In this document: piece by piece, positions 1 through 11,285 of the stretch
Position numbering within the stretch: the stretch's first letter is position 1
Layout of the letters: every line of letters begins with the position of its first letter
DNA from: Vulcanimicrobiota bacterium
Lineage (GTDB): Bacteria > Vulcanimicrobiota > Vulcanimicrobiia > Vulcanimicrobiales > Vulcanimicrobiaceae
Length of the DNA: 64,000 bases
NCBI GenBank assembly: GCA_963833095.1
Contig: CAWHWQ010000005.1
Location: 256,001-320,000, forward strand
Direction: 5' to 3'
Position numbers and translations under genes: made by a program
Notes under the pieces: model-generated
The model's input: only the letters and a program-made list of their open reading frames with translations
Database searches by the model: none
Told to the model about the DNA's origin: nothing

Positions 1-247
1 TCGCGCGCTTCGTATACGGTTGCAGCGACGCATCCGCGGGAGGCTTGCCGCTTGCGCCATAGCCTGGCAGATCGAAGGCGATAACCGTAAAGTGCCGCGC
101 GAGATCCGCGACAACGGCGTGCCAGCAGAGATGCGTCTGCGGGTACCCATGCAACAGCACCAGCGGCGGTCCCGAGCCACCGATTGCGGCGAAAAGGTTA
201 CCAAAAGGCACCCGGACAGTGCGTCTCTCAAAGCCCTCGAACAACAC
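1..247 (-). CDS. Alpha/beta hydrolase, haloacetate dehalogenase/epoxide hydrolase-like (5' part only; runs off the window)
   Basis: Manual translation from GTG at 247, with AAGGAG RBS upstream: MLFEGFERRTV...GGSGPPLVLLHGYPQTHLCWH...FDLPGYGASGKP. HGYP and DLPGYG motifs are typical of the family. Confidence 0.85.
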   Translation of the reverse strand, partial: MLFEGFERRTVRVPFGNLFAAIGGSGPPLVLLHGYPQTHLCWHAVVADLARHFTVIAFDLPGYGASGKPPADASLQPYTKRA

Positions 248-321
248 GATGTTCTCCTTTGCCAGGAAGCCCACGCGGATGTACGCAAACACGAAACGAC
301 GGAAGGGAGAGTACCGAATAT

Positions 322-696
322 ATGAGACACTTTGCACTAACAGTGTTGGCTTGCCTTTTCATCGTCGCAAGCACCAACGTTACTCTCGCCCAAACCCCCA
401 GGTACACGTTCACTGTTTTTAATTACACCAACGACGCCTGGGCCTGGGTAACGATATACACGAACGGCAGCAGTGGCATCGCCGAGCATTTTTGCGTAAA
501 TCCGGGGCAGCGGTGGAACGGTATGGTCACGAATGGCAAGCAGGCGAGGCAGCGCTTTGAGGTGACCGCGAACGCGGGCTGCCGCCATCCCGTGCTGGCC
601 GATTTTTGGAAAAACGCTGCGGATAGAGCCTGGATTTGCGGCAATCGAAAAAACGGCTACTCCATCATCCAACACGGCTCGAATTGTAATCGCTGA
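322..696 (+). CDS. Small secreted hypothetical protein (124 aa, signal peptide, four Cys in the mature part)
   Basis: ATG at 322 preceded by GGGAGAG. Hydrophobic N-terminus MRHFALTVLACLFIVASTNVTLA-Q resembles a Sec signal peptide. Confidence 0.7.
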   Translation: MRHFALTVLACLFIVASTNVTLAQTPRYTFTVFNYTNDAWAWVTIYTNGSSGIAEHFCVNPGQRWNGMVTNGKQARQRFEVTANAGCRHPVLADFWKNAADRAWICGNRKNGYSIIQHGSNCNR

Positions 697-720
697 CGTT
701 GACAGGGCGCCTATCGACGA

Positions 721-750
721 AAACGCTCCACCCGTAGGGGTGGAGCGTTT
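721..750. terminator. Bidirectional intrinsic terminator between the secreted-protein gene and tmRNA
   Basis: Inverted repeat AAACGCTCCACCC-gtag-GGGTGGAGCGTTT with A/T tails, between convergent genes. Confidence 0.8.
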
Positions 751-755
751 GTAAT

Positions 756-1109
756 TGGTGGAGCTGTCGGGGTACTGCCCCCCGAGTCCGAAAAGCCTAA
801 CCGGCGCATTCTCCAAGCTCAGCTTTGACTTTGACTTACTCGGACGGACGTCTCAAAGCGGGACTTACCGTACGCAGCAGATCCTTGATCTCGTACGTGC
901 GTCGAATCACGCGCATGTACCAGCCCGAGTTTATGGCCGGAGTGCAGAGCGGTTCGGGCCGACTCTCTGCGTCCGGTAGCTAACTTAGATTAAGCAGCTA
1001 GTGCGTATTCGTTGTTGGCAGTTAAGCCGTTGCGATCGTTTTAGGAGAGCTCGCAACTCCGCTTGCTAACGCCGACCACGGATCTCCTCGTCGAGCCTAG
1101 TTCAGCCCC
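756..1109 (-). ncRNA. ssrA: tmRNA (one-piece, 354 nt), tag peptide (A)ANNEYALAA
   Basis: 5' GGGGCTG pairs with 3' CAGCTCC-ACCA, including the G3.U wobble. Tag frame GCC AAC AAC GAA TAC GCA CTA GCT GCT TAA at 1019..990 is preceded by TTAACT. Confidence 0.96.
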
Positions 1110-1163
1110 TCGATTTCGGCCGTGACCGAACACCCACTATAACACAGCTGGCAAGAGGCTCGG

Positions 1164-1925
1164 TTACATGCTCTGGCGCAAGCGCGCGAGCGTGGCGTCG
1201 TCGGTCCGATCGATCGTGATCGGCGTGACGCTGGCGTAGCCATCGCGGAGGGCGGCCAAATCGCTGCCCTCTTCGATCTTGTCGGCGTTGTGGCTGCCCC
1301 AAATCCAGACGTAGGTCTCGCCGCGCGGATCGAGGCGGCGATCGGTGCGGTCGCGATAGCGCTTGCGCGCCTGCGAGGTGAACGTCACGCCGCGCAAGAG
1401 AGCCGGCTCGACGTTGGGCACATTGAGATTGAGCAGCGTGGTCGCGGGCAAGTTGAAGCTGTGCGCTTTTGCGGCGAGTTCGACGGCGCAGCGCGCGGCG
1501 GTCTGCCACTGCGGCTCGTCATCGGAAATCGGCCAAGAAATCGCCAGCGAAACCGCGATCGCCGGCACGCCGACGAGAAGCGACTCATTGGCTGCCGCGA
1601 TCGTTCCCGAATAGGTGATGTCGTCGCCCGCGTTGGCACCGCGGTTGATGCCACTCACCACCAAGTCCGGCAGCGTCTTGAAGATCTCGTAGGATCCGAC
1701 GACGACGCAATCCGCCGGCGTTCCGAAACAGACGTAGGTCGGCACGGGACGTCCGCGCAGCTCGCGCAGGCGCACCGGAGAATGGATCGACAGCGAATGC
1801 GCGACGCCGCTACGATCGCCGTCGGGTGCAACCACGACAACGTCGCCGAGCTCGCGCAGCGCCTGCGCGAGCACGGTGATGCCCGGGCTCTCAACGCCGT
1901 CGTCGTTGGTGACCAGAATGCGCAG
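1164..1925 (-). CDS. surE: 5'/3'-nucleotidase SurE
   Basis: LRILVTNDDG N-terminal motif (apparent CTG start at 1925), GTPADCV, SGINRGAN and YSGT motifs. Confidence 0.93.
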   Translation of the reverse strand: MRILVTNDDGVESPGITVLAQALRELGDVVVVAPDGDRSGVAHSLSIHSPVRLRELRGRPVPTYVCFGTPADCVVVGSYEIFKTLPDLVVSGINRGANAGDDITYSGTIAAANESLLVGVPAIAVSLAISWPISDDEPQWQTAARCAVELAAKAHSFNLPATTLLNLNVPNVEPALLRGVTFTSQARKRYRDRTDRRLDPRGETYVWIWGSHNADKIEEGSDLAALRDGYASVTPITIDRTDDATLARLRQSM

Positions 1926-1926
1926 T

Positions 1927-2289
1927 TTAGGCTTCCGAGCGAGTCAACGGTGCCGTAACGAAGATCGAGATCAGCATCATCACGAGCGAACCAACCAGCG
2001 TCGATTCCCATACCGGCCACGGCACACCGGTGGCTTTGAAGCCCGGCGAGAGCCAAACCGCAAGCGCAAAGAGCCCCCAGTTGATGACGATCGAGAATAG
2101 TCCGATCGTCAAGATGGTAATCGGCAACGAGATCAGTTTGAGGATCGGGCCGATGATCGCATTGACCAGGCCGAAGATGATCGCAGCAATTAAGGCATCG
2201 ACCCACGAGTTCATGTGAAAACCCGGGACGTACATCGCGACTGCCCATAGGGCGGCTGCGGTGATCAGAAAGCGAAGCAACCAGTGCAT
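1927..2289 (-). CDS. 4-TM 'phage holin superfamily IV'/YvlD-like membrane protein
   Basis: 120 aa, four hydrophobic segments, LVNAIIGPILKLISLPITILTIGLF signature. Confidence 0.85.
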   Translation of the reverse strand: MHWLLRFLITAAALWAVAMYVPGFHMNSWVDALIAAIIFGLVNAIIGPILKLISLPITILTIGLFSIVINWGLFALAVWLSPGFKATGVPWPVWESTLVGSLVMMLISIFVTAPLTRSEA

Positions 2290-4282
<1,993 letters not shown>

Positions 4283-4286
<4 letters not shown>

Positions 4287-4894
4287 CGTCTCCGCGCTGA
4301 CGCATGACAATCCAGACTACCACGATCGCCGCGACGAGGGCCAGCAGCAGCGACGATCAGTCCCGCCTTATGGATGAGCGGAAGATCACGTCGAGATGGT
4401 CGCCCGAGCGCTACGCCGAGCCACACGAGCCCGCCGCAGAAGACCACCGAGCCAAGCACGTCCAAAGGTAGAAATGCATCAGATTCATCTCGCGCCATAC
4501 CCGCCGGAATCGAGATGATCCCGCGGATCACCGGGACGAAGCGGCAGACAAAGATCGCGAAGCTGCCATAGCGTTCGAAGAACCCGTGCACGCGGTCGAG
4601 TTGCTCGTGCGTGAGATGCACGTACCGCCCGAACCGGTCGACCAACGGCCGTCCGCCGAAGCGCCCGACCGCGTAACCGATCGATTCCGCCGCCGAGTTC
4701 GCCCGCCACCGCGACCACAATAGTCGAGCCAGAGGTAGGGAAGATGCCCCGTTGCGGCCAGCGCACCAGCTAGCGGCATGAGCGATCTCGGCGCCGACCG
4801 GCGCTCCGATATTCCCCAGGACCATCACGATGAAGAGTCCGCAATACCCGTAGTGATCGATCAGCGAAATGGCGATCTGCTGAAAATGCTCCAC
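4283..4894 (-). CDS. dedA: DedA family membrane protein (frameshifted internally)
   Basis: [14 protein letters not shown]...[28 protein letters not shown]edA motifs. Confidence 0.85.
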
Positions 4895-4908
4895 AGGCTC
4901 TAGTGTAC

Positions 4909-5313
4909 CTAGCTACTCGCGGCGGAGTTTCGGACGCCGCTGCGCCGCAGAATCTCGGCGGCCAGGCTTCCGCCTTCGGCCCGGAGCGCTCGCAGCAGGT
5001 GCGACCGGCTCGACGTGCGGCGTCACCCGCATAGCCCTCGGCGAGGATAATGATTTTACGCACGCGCGGCGTCACCAGGATTCCTTCCCACAAGCGATCC
5101 TCGCCGGCGCCCAAGATGACGCCGCACGTCGGCGTGCAACTCGCGCACGTCGATACCATCGGCGTCAAGGTCGTGCGAGAATTGCGGGTCGCGTTCTTCG
5201 AGCAGCGCCACCATCAGGTGCTCGGCACCGACGTAATAATGGTTGTGGTTACGGCATTCTTGTTCGGCAACGCGCAAGACGCGTAGCGAGGCCTGACCGA
5301 ATCTCTCGAACAA
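4909..5313 (-). CDS. Stand-alone Clp N-terminal (Clp_N repeat) domain protein, frameshifted
   Basis: MFERF...AEQECRNHNHYYVGAEHLMVALL resembles the ClpC N-terminus. Second repeat TPRVRKIIILA. No ATPase domain follows. Confidence 0.75.
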
Positions 5314-5332
5314 CGCAAGACCTTAGTGGGAG

Positions 5333-5409
5333 TGGTCGGGGCGACTGGATTCGAACCAGCGACCTCTTCGTCCCGAACGAAGCGCTCTACCAAGCTGAGC
5401 CACGCCCCG
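5333..5409 (-). tRNA. tRNA-Pro (anticodon CGG)
   Basis: CGGGGCGTGGCTCAGCTTGGTAGAGCGCTTCGTTCGGGACGAAGAGGTCGCTGGTTCGAATCCAGTCGCCCCGACCA folds as a cloverleaf with encoded CCA. Confidence 0.97.
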
Positions 5410-5514
5410 ACAAAACTCCCGTCTATTCTTACCTTCGGCCGCCCCTCCTGCTTTGGCGAGCGGGCTCCCAATCAAGGGGAAAAGCCCGCCTCTTGGGAAC
5501 GCTCTTCCTCGTCC

Positions 5515-6184
5515 ATGCGATATCTCATCGTCGGGTGCGGACGCGTCGGCTCCGCACTTGCGAAACTCCTCGATGCCGACGGCCACGAAGTGATCGTCGT
5601 CGACGAGAACCCCACCGCCTTCAAACGTCTCGGAACCAATTTCCGCGGCCATGTCGTGGTCGGTACCGGTATCGACTACGACGTGCTCAAGCGAGCGGGC
5701 GCATCCACCGCGGACGGCTTCGTCGCGGTGACCGACGGCGACAACCGCAACATCATGGCCGCGCTCATCGCGCAGCGGATGTTCAAAATCGAGCGAGTCG
5801 TCTGCCGCATCTACGATCCGCCGCGCGGTCAGATGTACCGCGAGCTTGGCATCCAGACGGTCGTTCCGACCACAGTCGGCGCCAAGATGATTCGCGACAC
5901 CTTGATGCAAGCGCCGTGGGATCCGGTTCATACCTTTGACTTCGGCAAGGTCACCTCGCTCTCGGCAACGGTTCCGCCCGAGCGAAGCCGGTAAGAGCAT
6001 TGGCGAAATCGAACGGCCCGGACGCATTCGCGTCGCCGCGATCCGCCGCGAAAGTTCCGGCGTGATGGTCGCCTCAAACGATCTGGTACTCGAAGAGGGC
6101 GATCAGATCAACGCGATCGTCGCACCCGAAGCGATCAGCGAGTTTGCAAAAATGTTTGCCGGTTGTTCACGCCGAGGCAGTTAA
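5515..6184 (+). CDS. trkA: TrkA/KtrA-family K+ transport regulatory subunit (RCK_N + RCK_C; one frameshift near 5980)
   Basis: MRYLIVGCGRVG Rossmann motif and AVTDGDNRN. The C-terminal RCK_C part continues in ORF 5936..6184. Confidence 0.87.
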
Positions 6185-6190
6185 CGCATA

Positions 6191-6889
6191 GTGTTCATTC
6201 TCATCGTCGGCGGCGGCAAAGTCGGATCCTATCTGACCCGCGCGCTACTCCAGCAACATCACGAAGTCGTCGTCGTCGAAAAATACGACAAGAAAGCCAA
6301 ACAGCTCGACACGCTGGTCGATCGCCAAGTCACCATGCTCGGCGACGGATGCGATCCGATGGTGCTCGAAGCCGCCGGCGTCGCGCGCGCCGACGTCGTC
6401 GTCGCCGATACCGGTGATGACGAAGACAATTTGGTCGTCATCTTGCTGACCAAAAAGAAATCGAAGGCCCGCTGTATCGCGCGCGTCAACAACCCGCGTA
6501 ACAGGCAGATCTTCGAATCGCTCGATCCGGCCGATCCGGTGACCGTGATCTCCTCGACCGAGATCATCCTCGACGTGCTCAACGAACATGTCAACGCGTC
6601 GAGCTACACGGCGGCACTCGAGACGATGCACCTCTTTGGCAAAGGCAATCTGAGCCTGGTGCGCATCAGCGTGCCGGCCGGGTCACCGGTCGCCGACAAA
6701 CCGCTGTGCGATCTCAACCTGCCCCGTAACAGCGTGATCGTCGCGATCGAGCGCGACAACGACGAGAGCATCGTGATCCCCACCGGTGATACGCAGCTGC
6801 ACGCCGGCGATCGCATCGTCGCGGTCGTAAAGAACGGCGCCGCCGAGAAACTCCAAGCCGTCTTCAACGCCCCCGCAATAGCGAAGTAA
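6191..6889 (+). CDS. trkA: Second TrkA-family protein
   Basis: MFILIVGGGKVG, GDGCDP, ADTGDDEDN, ARVNNPRN and a C-terminal RCK_C (IPTGDTQLHAGD). Confidence 0.92.
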   Translation: MFILIVGGGKVGSYLTRALLQQHHEVVVVEKYDKKAKQLDTLVDRQVTMLGDGCDPMVLEAAGVARADVVVADTGDDEDNLVVILLTKKKSKARCIARVNNPRNRQIFESLDPADPVTVISSTEIILDVLNEHVNASSYTAALETMHLFGKGNLSLVRISVPAGSPVADKPLCDLNLPRNSVIVAIERDNDESIVIPTGDTQLHAGDRIVAVVKNGAAEKLQAVFNAPAIAK

Positions 6890-6904
6890 CGCTAAGGGTG
6901 ACAA

Positions 6905-7540
6905 TCAGATAAAGCCCTTGCGTAGTGCGACGACGGCGGCTTGGGTGCGGTCGGCGGCGGAGAGTTTCTCGAGAATGTCGCGGATGTGCCCCTTCACCGT
7001 ACCGAGACCGATGTTGAGGATCGAAGCGATCTCGGTGTTGGCTTTGCCCTCAGCGATAAGGCGCAGGACGTCCGATTCGCGTGGTGTAAGCGGCGAACTC
7101 TGATTGACCGTCGCCAGGCGCGGCGAGAAGCGCGCGAGCACGACATGCGCGATCTGTGGATCGAAATATGCCCCGCCTTCGCTTGCAATGCGGACCGCGT
7201 CGATGAGCGTCGACGCCGGTGACGACTTGAGGCAGTAAGCGTCCGCACCAGCGGCGAGCGCCGCGAGCACTTCATCCTCGACATCGATCATCGTCACGAT
7301 CACCACGTGCGTTCCGGGCACGTCAGCGCGAATGCGCTGCGTGAGTGCGATCCCGTCCATACCGGGAAGGCCGAGGTCGACCACGGCGACGTCGGGCCGA
7401 TCGCGCGCCACCAGTTCGTAACCGCTGACGCCGTCGGGTGCTTCGCCTACAACGTCGAATGCCGTTTGCAACGCCGTTTTCATGCCCTCTCGCGTGAGTG
7501 CATGATCCTCAACGATCGCGACCCGTATCCGCCCGCTCAC
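6905..7540 (-). CDS. NarL/LuxR-family response regulator
   Basis: Receiver domain (VEDH, VVDLGLPGMDG) plus LuxR HTH (LTPRESDVLRLIAEGKANTEIA...TVKGH). Confidence 0.93.
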   Translation of the reverse strand: MSGRIRVAIVEDHALTREGMKTALQTAFDVVGEAPDGVSGYELVARDRPDVAVVDLGLPGMDGIALTQRIRADVPGTHVVIVTMIDVEDEVLAALAAGADAYCLKSSPASTLIDAVRIASEGGAYFDPQIAHVVLARFSPRLATVNQSSPLTPRESDVLRLIAEGKANTEIASILNIGLGTVKGHIRDILEKLSAADRTQAAVVALRKGFI

Positions 7541-9111
7541 GTCGTGCTTCCGTGTTTTGCAAGTGGCAGCTCGACGAAGAAAAGGCTGCCGCGTTCGTCG
7601 CGCGGTTGATATCCGGCGCGGCCGCCGTATTTTTCCGCGATCCGTCTGACGATGTAGAGCCCAAGCCCCGTTCCACCGCCCGCCCGCACGCCGCCAAAGC
7701 GTTGAAAGAGCGCGTCGCGGCGCTCAAGGGGAACCCCGTAGCCGTCATCGATAACTGCGATCGTAAGCACGCCGTCGCGCACCGCAGCTTCAACCTTCAC
7801 GCGGCCCTCCGCCGGGGTTGCTTCGATCGCATTGGCAACCAGATTCGTGAGGGCACGGCCAATCTCGTCTTCGTCCGCGTCGATGGCCGCATCCGCTGGA
7901 ACTGATTGCACCGTCAGCACCACCCCCTTAGCCTGAGCGACCGGTTGCAACTCCGCCGTCACTCGTTGGATCAGCGGCGCGATCTCCTCGCGCCGGGATC
8001 GGTGCGAGTCCTCGCCCGACTCATATCGCGCTACCAACAACAGCGTCTCGACCAAACGGCGCAGACTCGCCGTCGACACGCGGGTCGTCTCAAGGATGTG
8101 TTTATAGCGCTCGGGGAGATCGCCATATGCGCCATCGAGGGCTTGACTCATAGTGACATCGGCTGCCACCAGCGGCGTCCGTAAATCGTGAGCGAGCGCA
8201 TACACGATGTCGCGAATAACGTCACTGCGATCTTGCAACTCGCTACGACCGCGCAGAATCTCCTCGTTCTGCTCCGCCAGTCGGATGAATAGGCGCCCCT
8301 GCTGAAGCGCGACAGCTAGGTTGTCGGCGAAATCTTGGACCGCCTCTTGTTCGTCCGGTGACGGTGTGCGCGGGCCCCAGCCGATGACCAGCGCCACGAG
8401 GCCATTGTCGAGTTCGACGGTCGCCGCCGTCACCGATCCGCGCAACATGCTGGCCAGCGGATCGTTGACGCCAACCGTTACCGCGCGGCCGCGCGAACGC
8501 GCATTTTCGATCACCGACGCGAGTTCTGGAGCGAGCGGCTCACGTTTGAGCGTCACGTCGCCGTCTACCGCTTCGTACAAATCGGGCACGTCGAGCGAGG
8601 TCGCTCGCGTCACTAAGAGCACGCTCGATGCCGCCGTGATGCGCTTGGCCTCACGCACCGCGTTGCGCATTACGACTTCGGTATTCAAACTCGCGCGCAC
8701 TTGCTCCATCGCGCGGCGCAGAGCGCGCTCACGTTCAAATTGGCGCTCGCGCTCGGCGCTTTCACCGGCGCGTCGCGCGCTCTGCTGGGCGCGCAGCGTC
8801 AACGTTCCGACGAGCAGAAAGCTTGCCGCCAGCAGCAAGCGATCGCCGACGGCGATCGTGTCCCAATGGTGCCCCGCGACAAGACCGTTGGTGTATCCCG
8901 CGACGATGTTCGCGATTTCCGCCAGCACCACGAGCCGAATCGTGAGCGAGGGACGCAATGCAAGCGCCGAAAGCGCAATCGGTCCGTTGAGCAAAATCGC
9001 TGCGACAAAAAGCTGCGGCGTGATGAGATCGATGACCCACGCAACCAGCAAGAGCGCGTAGCAGAGAGCGACCATTCCTATGCCGCTTCGCGCAGCGGGG
9101 ACCCCGTTCAT
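7537..9111 (-). CDS. Membrane sensor histidine kinase (about 4 TM, GAF-like, HisKA, HATPase)
   Basis: H-box AHDLRTPL, N-box NLVANAI, DDGYG and GGTGLGL. Start assigned to ATG 9111; the longer ORF overlaps the kdpD-like gene. Confidence 0.88.
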   Translation of the reverse strand: MNGVPAARSGIGMVALCYALLLVAWVIDLITPQLFVAAILLNGPIALSALALRPSLTIRLVVLAEIANIVAGYTNGLVAGHHWDTIAVGDRLLLAASFLLVGTLTLRAQQSARRAGESAERERQFERERALRRAMEQVRASLNTEVVMRNAVREAKRITAASSVLLVTRATSLDVPDLYEAVDGDVTLKREPLAPELASVIENARSRGRAVTVGVNDPLASMLRGSVTAATVELDNGLVALVIGWGPRTPSPDEQEAVQDFADNLAVALQQGRLFIRLAEQNEEILRGRSELQDRSDVIRDIVYALAHDLRTPLVAADVTMSQALDGAYGDLPERYKHILETTRVSTASLRRLVETLLLVARYESGEDSHRSRREEIAPLIQRVTAELQPVAQAKGVVLTVQSVPADAAIDADEDEIGRALTNLVANAIEATPAEGRVKVEAAVRDGVLTIAVIDDGYGVPLERRDALFQRFGGVRAGGGTGLGLYIVRRIAEKYGGRAGYQPRDERGSLFFVELPLAKHGSTT

Positions 9112-9132
9112 TTTGACGAACCGGCCCGGTCC

Positions 9133-11285
9133 ATGGATCACTCGGCAGACGAACGCGAAGCCGCGCGGCGCCGCTCGGCGGAAGAGCTTTTGCGGGAGTT
9201 TGGCGAGCGAGCGCGCCTCGTCGTCTACGTCGCCGCGGCGCCGGGCGCCGGAAAGACACGGCGATTGCTGACCGACGCGCGCCGCTTGCAAGCGACGGGA
9301 AAGCGCGTCGCAATCGGCTGGATCGAAACCAAGGGTCGTCCCGATCTCGAACGTCTTTGCGAGGGAATCCCGCGCATTCCTCCGCGCGATGTGACGTTCG
9401 GCGCCAACCACTTCAAGGAATTCGATCTCGATGCTGCGCTCGACGCTCACCCGGATGTCATCCTCATGGACGAGCTTGCGCACGACAACCTTGGTGACGC
9501 GCGCAACGGCAAACGCTGGCAAGATGCGCTCGACCTGCGCGCGGCCGGTATTTCCGTGCTGGGCGCATTCAATATCTCGCATCTGGAGACGGTCTCGGCG
9601 ACTGCCGAACGGCTGATCGGCTATCCCGTCCGCGAGATCGTTCCGCTTTCATTCTTGAAGACCGCAGACGAAGTGATCGCACTCGACGCATCGCCCGAGA
9701 TCCTTCGCGAACGCCTGCAAAGCGGGATGATTGTTCGCGACGGAGATATCGCGCGCGCGCAAAGCGGCCTTTATAAAGAATCGACGCTGATCATGATGCG
9801 CGAGCTGCTGCTACGCACGATCGATCAGTTGACGATTCCGACCGTTTCGGCCGCGGTAACCTCGAGTGCTTTGACGATCGTTCCAAACGGTGTCGACTGC
9901 GAGCAGTTCGTTCGGCGCTGCGCGCCGCTCGCTGCCGCGCTCGATTTGGCGCTTGAACTTCTTCCCGACCCGGCGTGCGATCAAGCCGAGGTGGCTCGCG
10001 TCGGGGCCGAATTCAACGCCGAAGTGCTGCCAGCCGCTGGGCCGGAAAGCGTCGACTTTTCGAGTTATCGCGCCTCGCTGTTCATCCTGCCGCGAGGAAA
10101 GCTGGCTGCGCGCCTCGTCAATTCGCCGGTCGAGCGCGATATCGCGATTTTGGACACCGAACAGTCGTACATCGAGCGCACTGCGCTCACGACGCCGCTT
10201 TCCGGTACGCTGGGCGATCGGATGGGTGTCGGTTACGGCAAGCTCACGGTCTATCTCGGCGCGGCCGCCGGCGCGGAAAAACGTACGCGATGCTCGATCG
10301 CGGGCACCAACTGCGCAGCGAAGGCGTCGACATCGTAATCGGCTAGGTCGAAACACACAAGCGCGTCGAAACCGAAGCAATGATCGGCGACCTTCCGATC
10401 ATTCCACGCAAGGCAGTCCAGGCGGACGGCATCACCTAACCGAAATGGATCGCGAGGCGATCCTGGCGCGCAAGCCCGCGTAGTGCTGGTCGACGAACTC
10501 GCGCATACCAACGAGCCCGGCTCCCTCGCCCCCAAACGCTTCCTCGACGTGCTCGCGTTTTTGCGCGCGGGCATCGACGTGATCACGACGCTCAACATTC
10601 AGCATTTGGAGGCGCTCGAGCGACGCGGTCTATCGTTTGACCGGAACGCTCGTACGTGAAACGTTGCCCGACGGCATCCTGCCGCTGGCCGACGAGGTGA
10701 TTCTCATCGACGTTTCGCCGGAGACGTTGCGCGAACGTCTGCGCGCCGGCAAGATCTATCCGCGAGAGCGCATCGAGCCGGCGCTGGCAAATTTCTTTCG
10801 CACCGAGAACCTCGCAGCGTTGCGCGAACTCGCGATTCGCGAAGTATTGCGCGCCGAGACGCGCGAGCGCATCGCTGCGCCGTTCGAGCGCATTTTGCTC
10901 TCGGTCGTCGGACGCCGCGAAGACTTGCTGCTGCTCGAAGGCGCGCGGATGGCTGCGCGTCTCGAAGTCGATTTCGCGGTCGCTCACATCGCCGAGCGCG
11001 TGACCGGGTCGAAGAAACGATCCTAGTGGAGTTCGAGCGCGCGACGCCGTGTGCTCAACGTCGATTGGATAGACGAGCGCAACGTGGATGACGCGGCGAC
11101 GCGCCTCCTCGCGGATCGCGCGCTCGCGCTCCCGAAACCGGATCGCGATCGGTGGCACGCATCGTAAGCCCCGCTGGCCGGCACGCAACTCCTTCGCGCG
11201 CCGTTTGCTCGATGCAGGCGCGCGCGAGCTGCTCGTGCTCGCGCGTCCGAAGGCGATCGTCGAAACCCCCGCCGAAGACGCCTAA
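9133..11285 (+). CDS. kdpD: Soluble KdpD-like protein with two KdpD sensor domains and Usp-like regions, no kinase domain (frameshifted, internal TAG at ~10344)
   Basis: First domain: [11 protein letters not shown]...GWIETKGR...DELAHDN...KRWQD. Second domain: YLGAAAG..GKTYAML...VETHKR...DELAHTN...NIQHLE...RETLPD...GKIYP...[15 protein letters not shown]. Confidence 0.85.

Noticed and set aside
1927..2289. 'Phage holin' family gene as evidence of a prophage
   Set aside because: YvlD-type 4-TM proteins are ordinary chromosomal genes. It is flanked by uvrC and surE with no phage genes nearby.
5333..5409. tRNA-Pro or tmRNA as the attachment site of an integrated island
   Set aside because: No integrase and no duplicated 3'-end fragment was found in the window.
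10344..10346. In-frame TAG in the second KdpD domain as possible stop-codon recoding (pyrrolysine)
   Set aside because: It lies in an error-rich patch at a position where W/Y (G-W/Y-VETH) is expected. TAG is used as a normal stop elsewhere in the window, and no pyl genes were seen.
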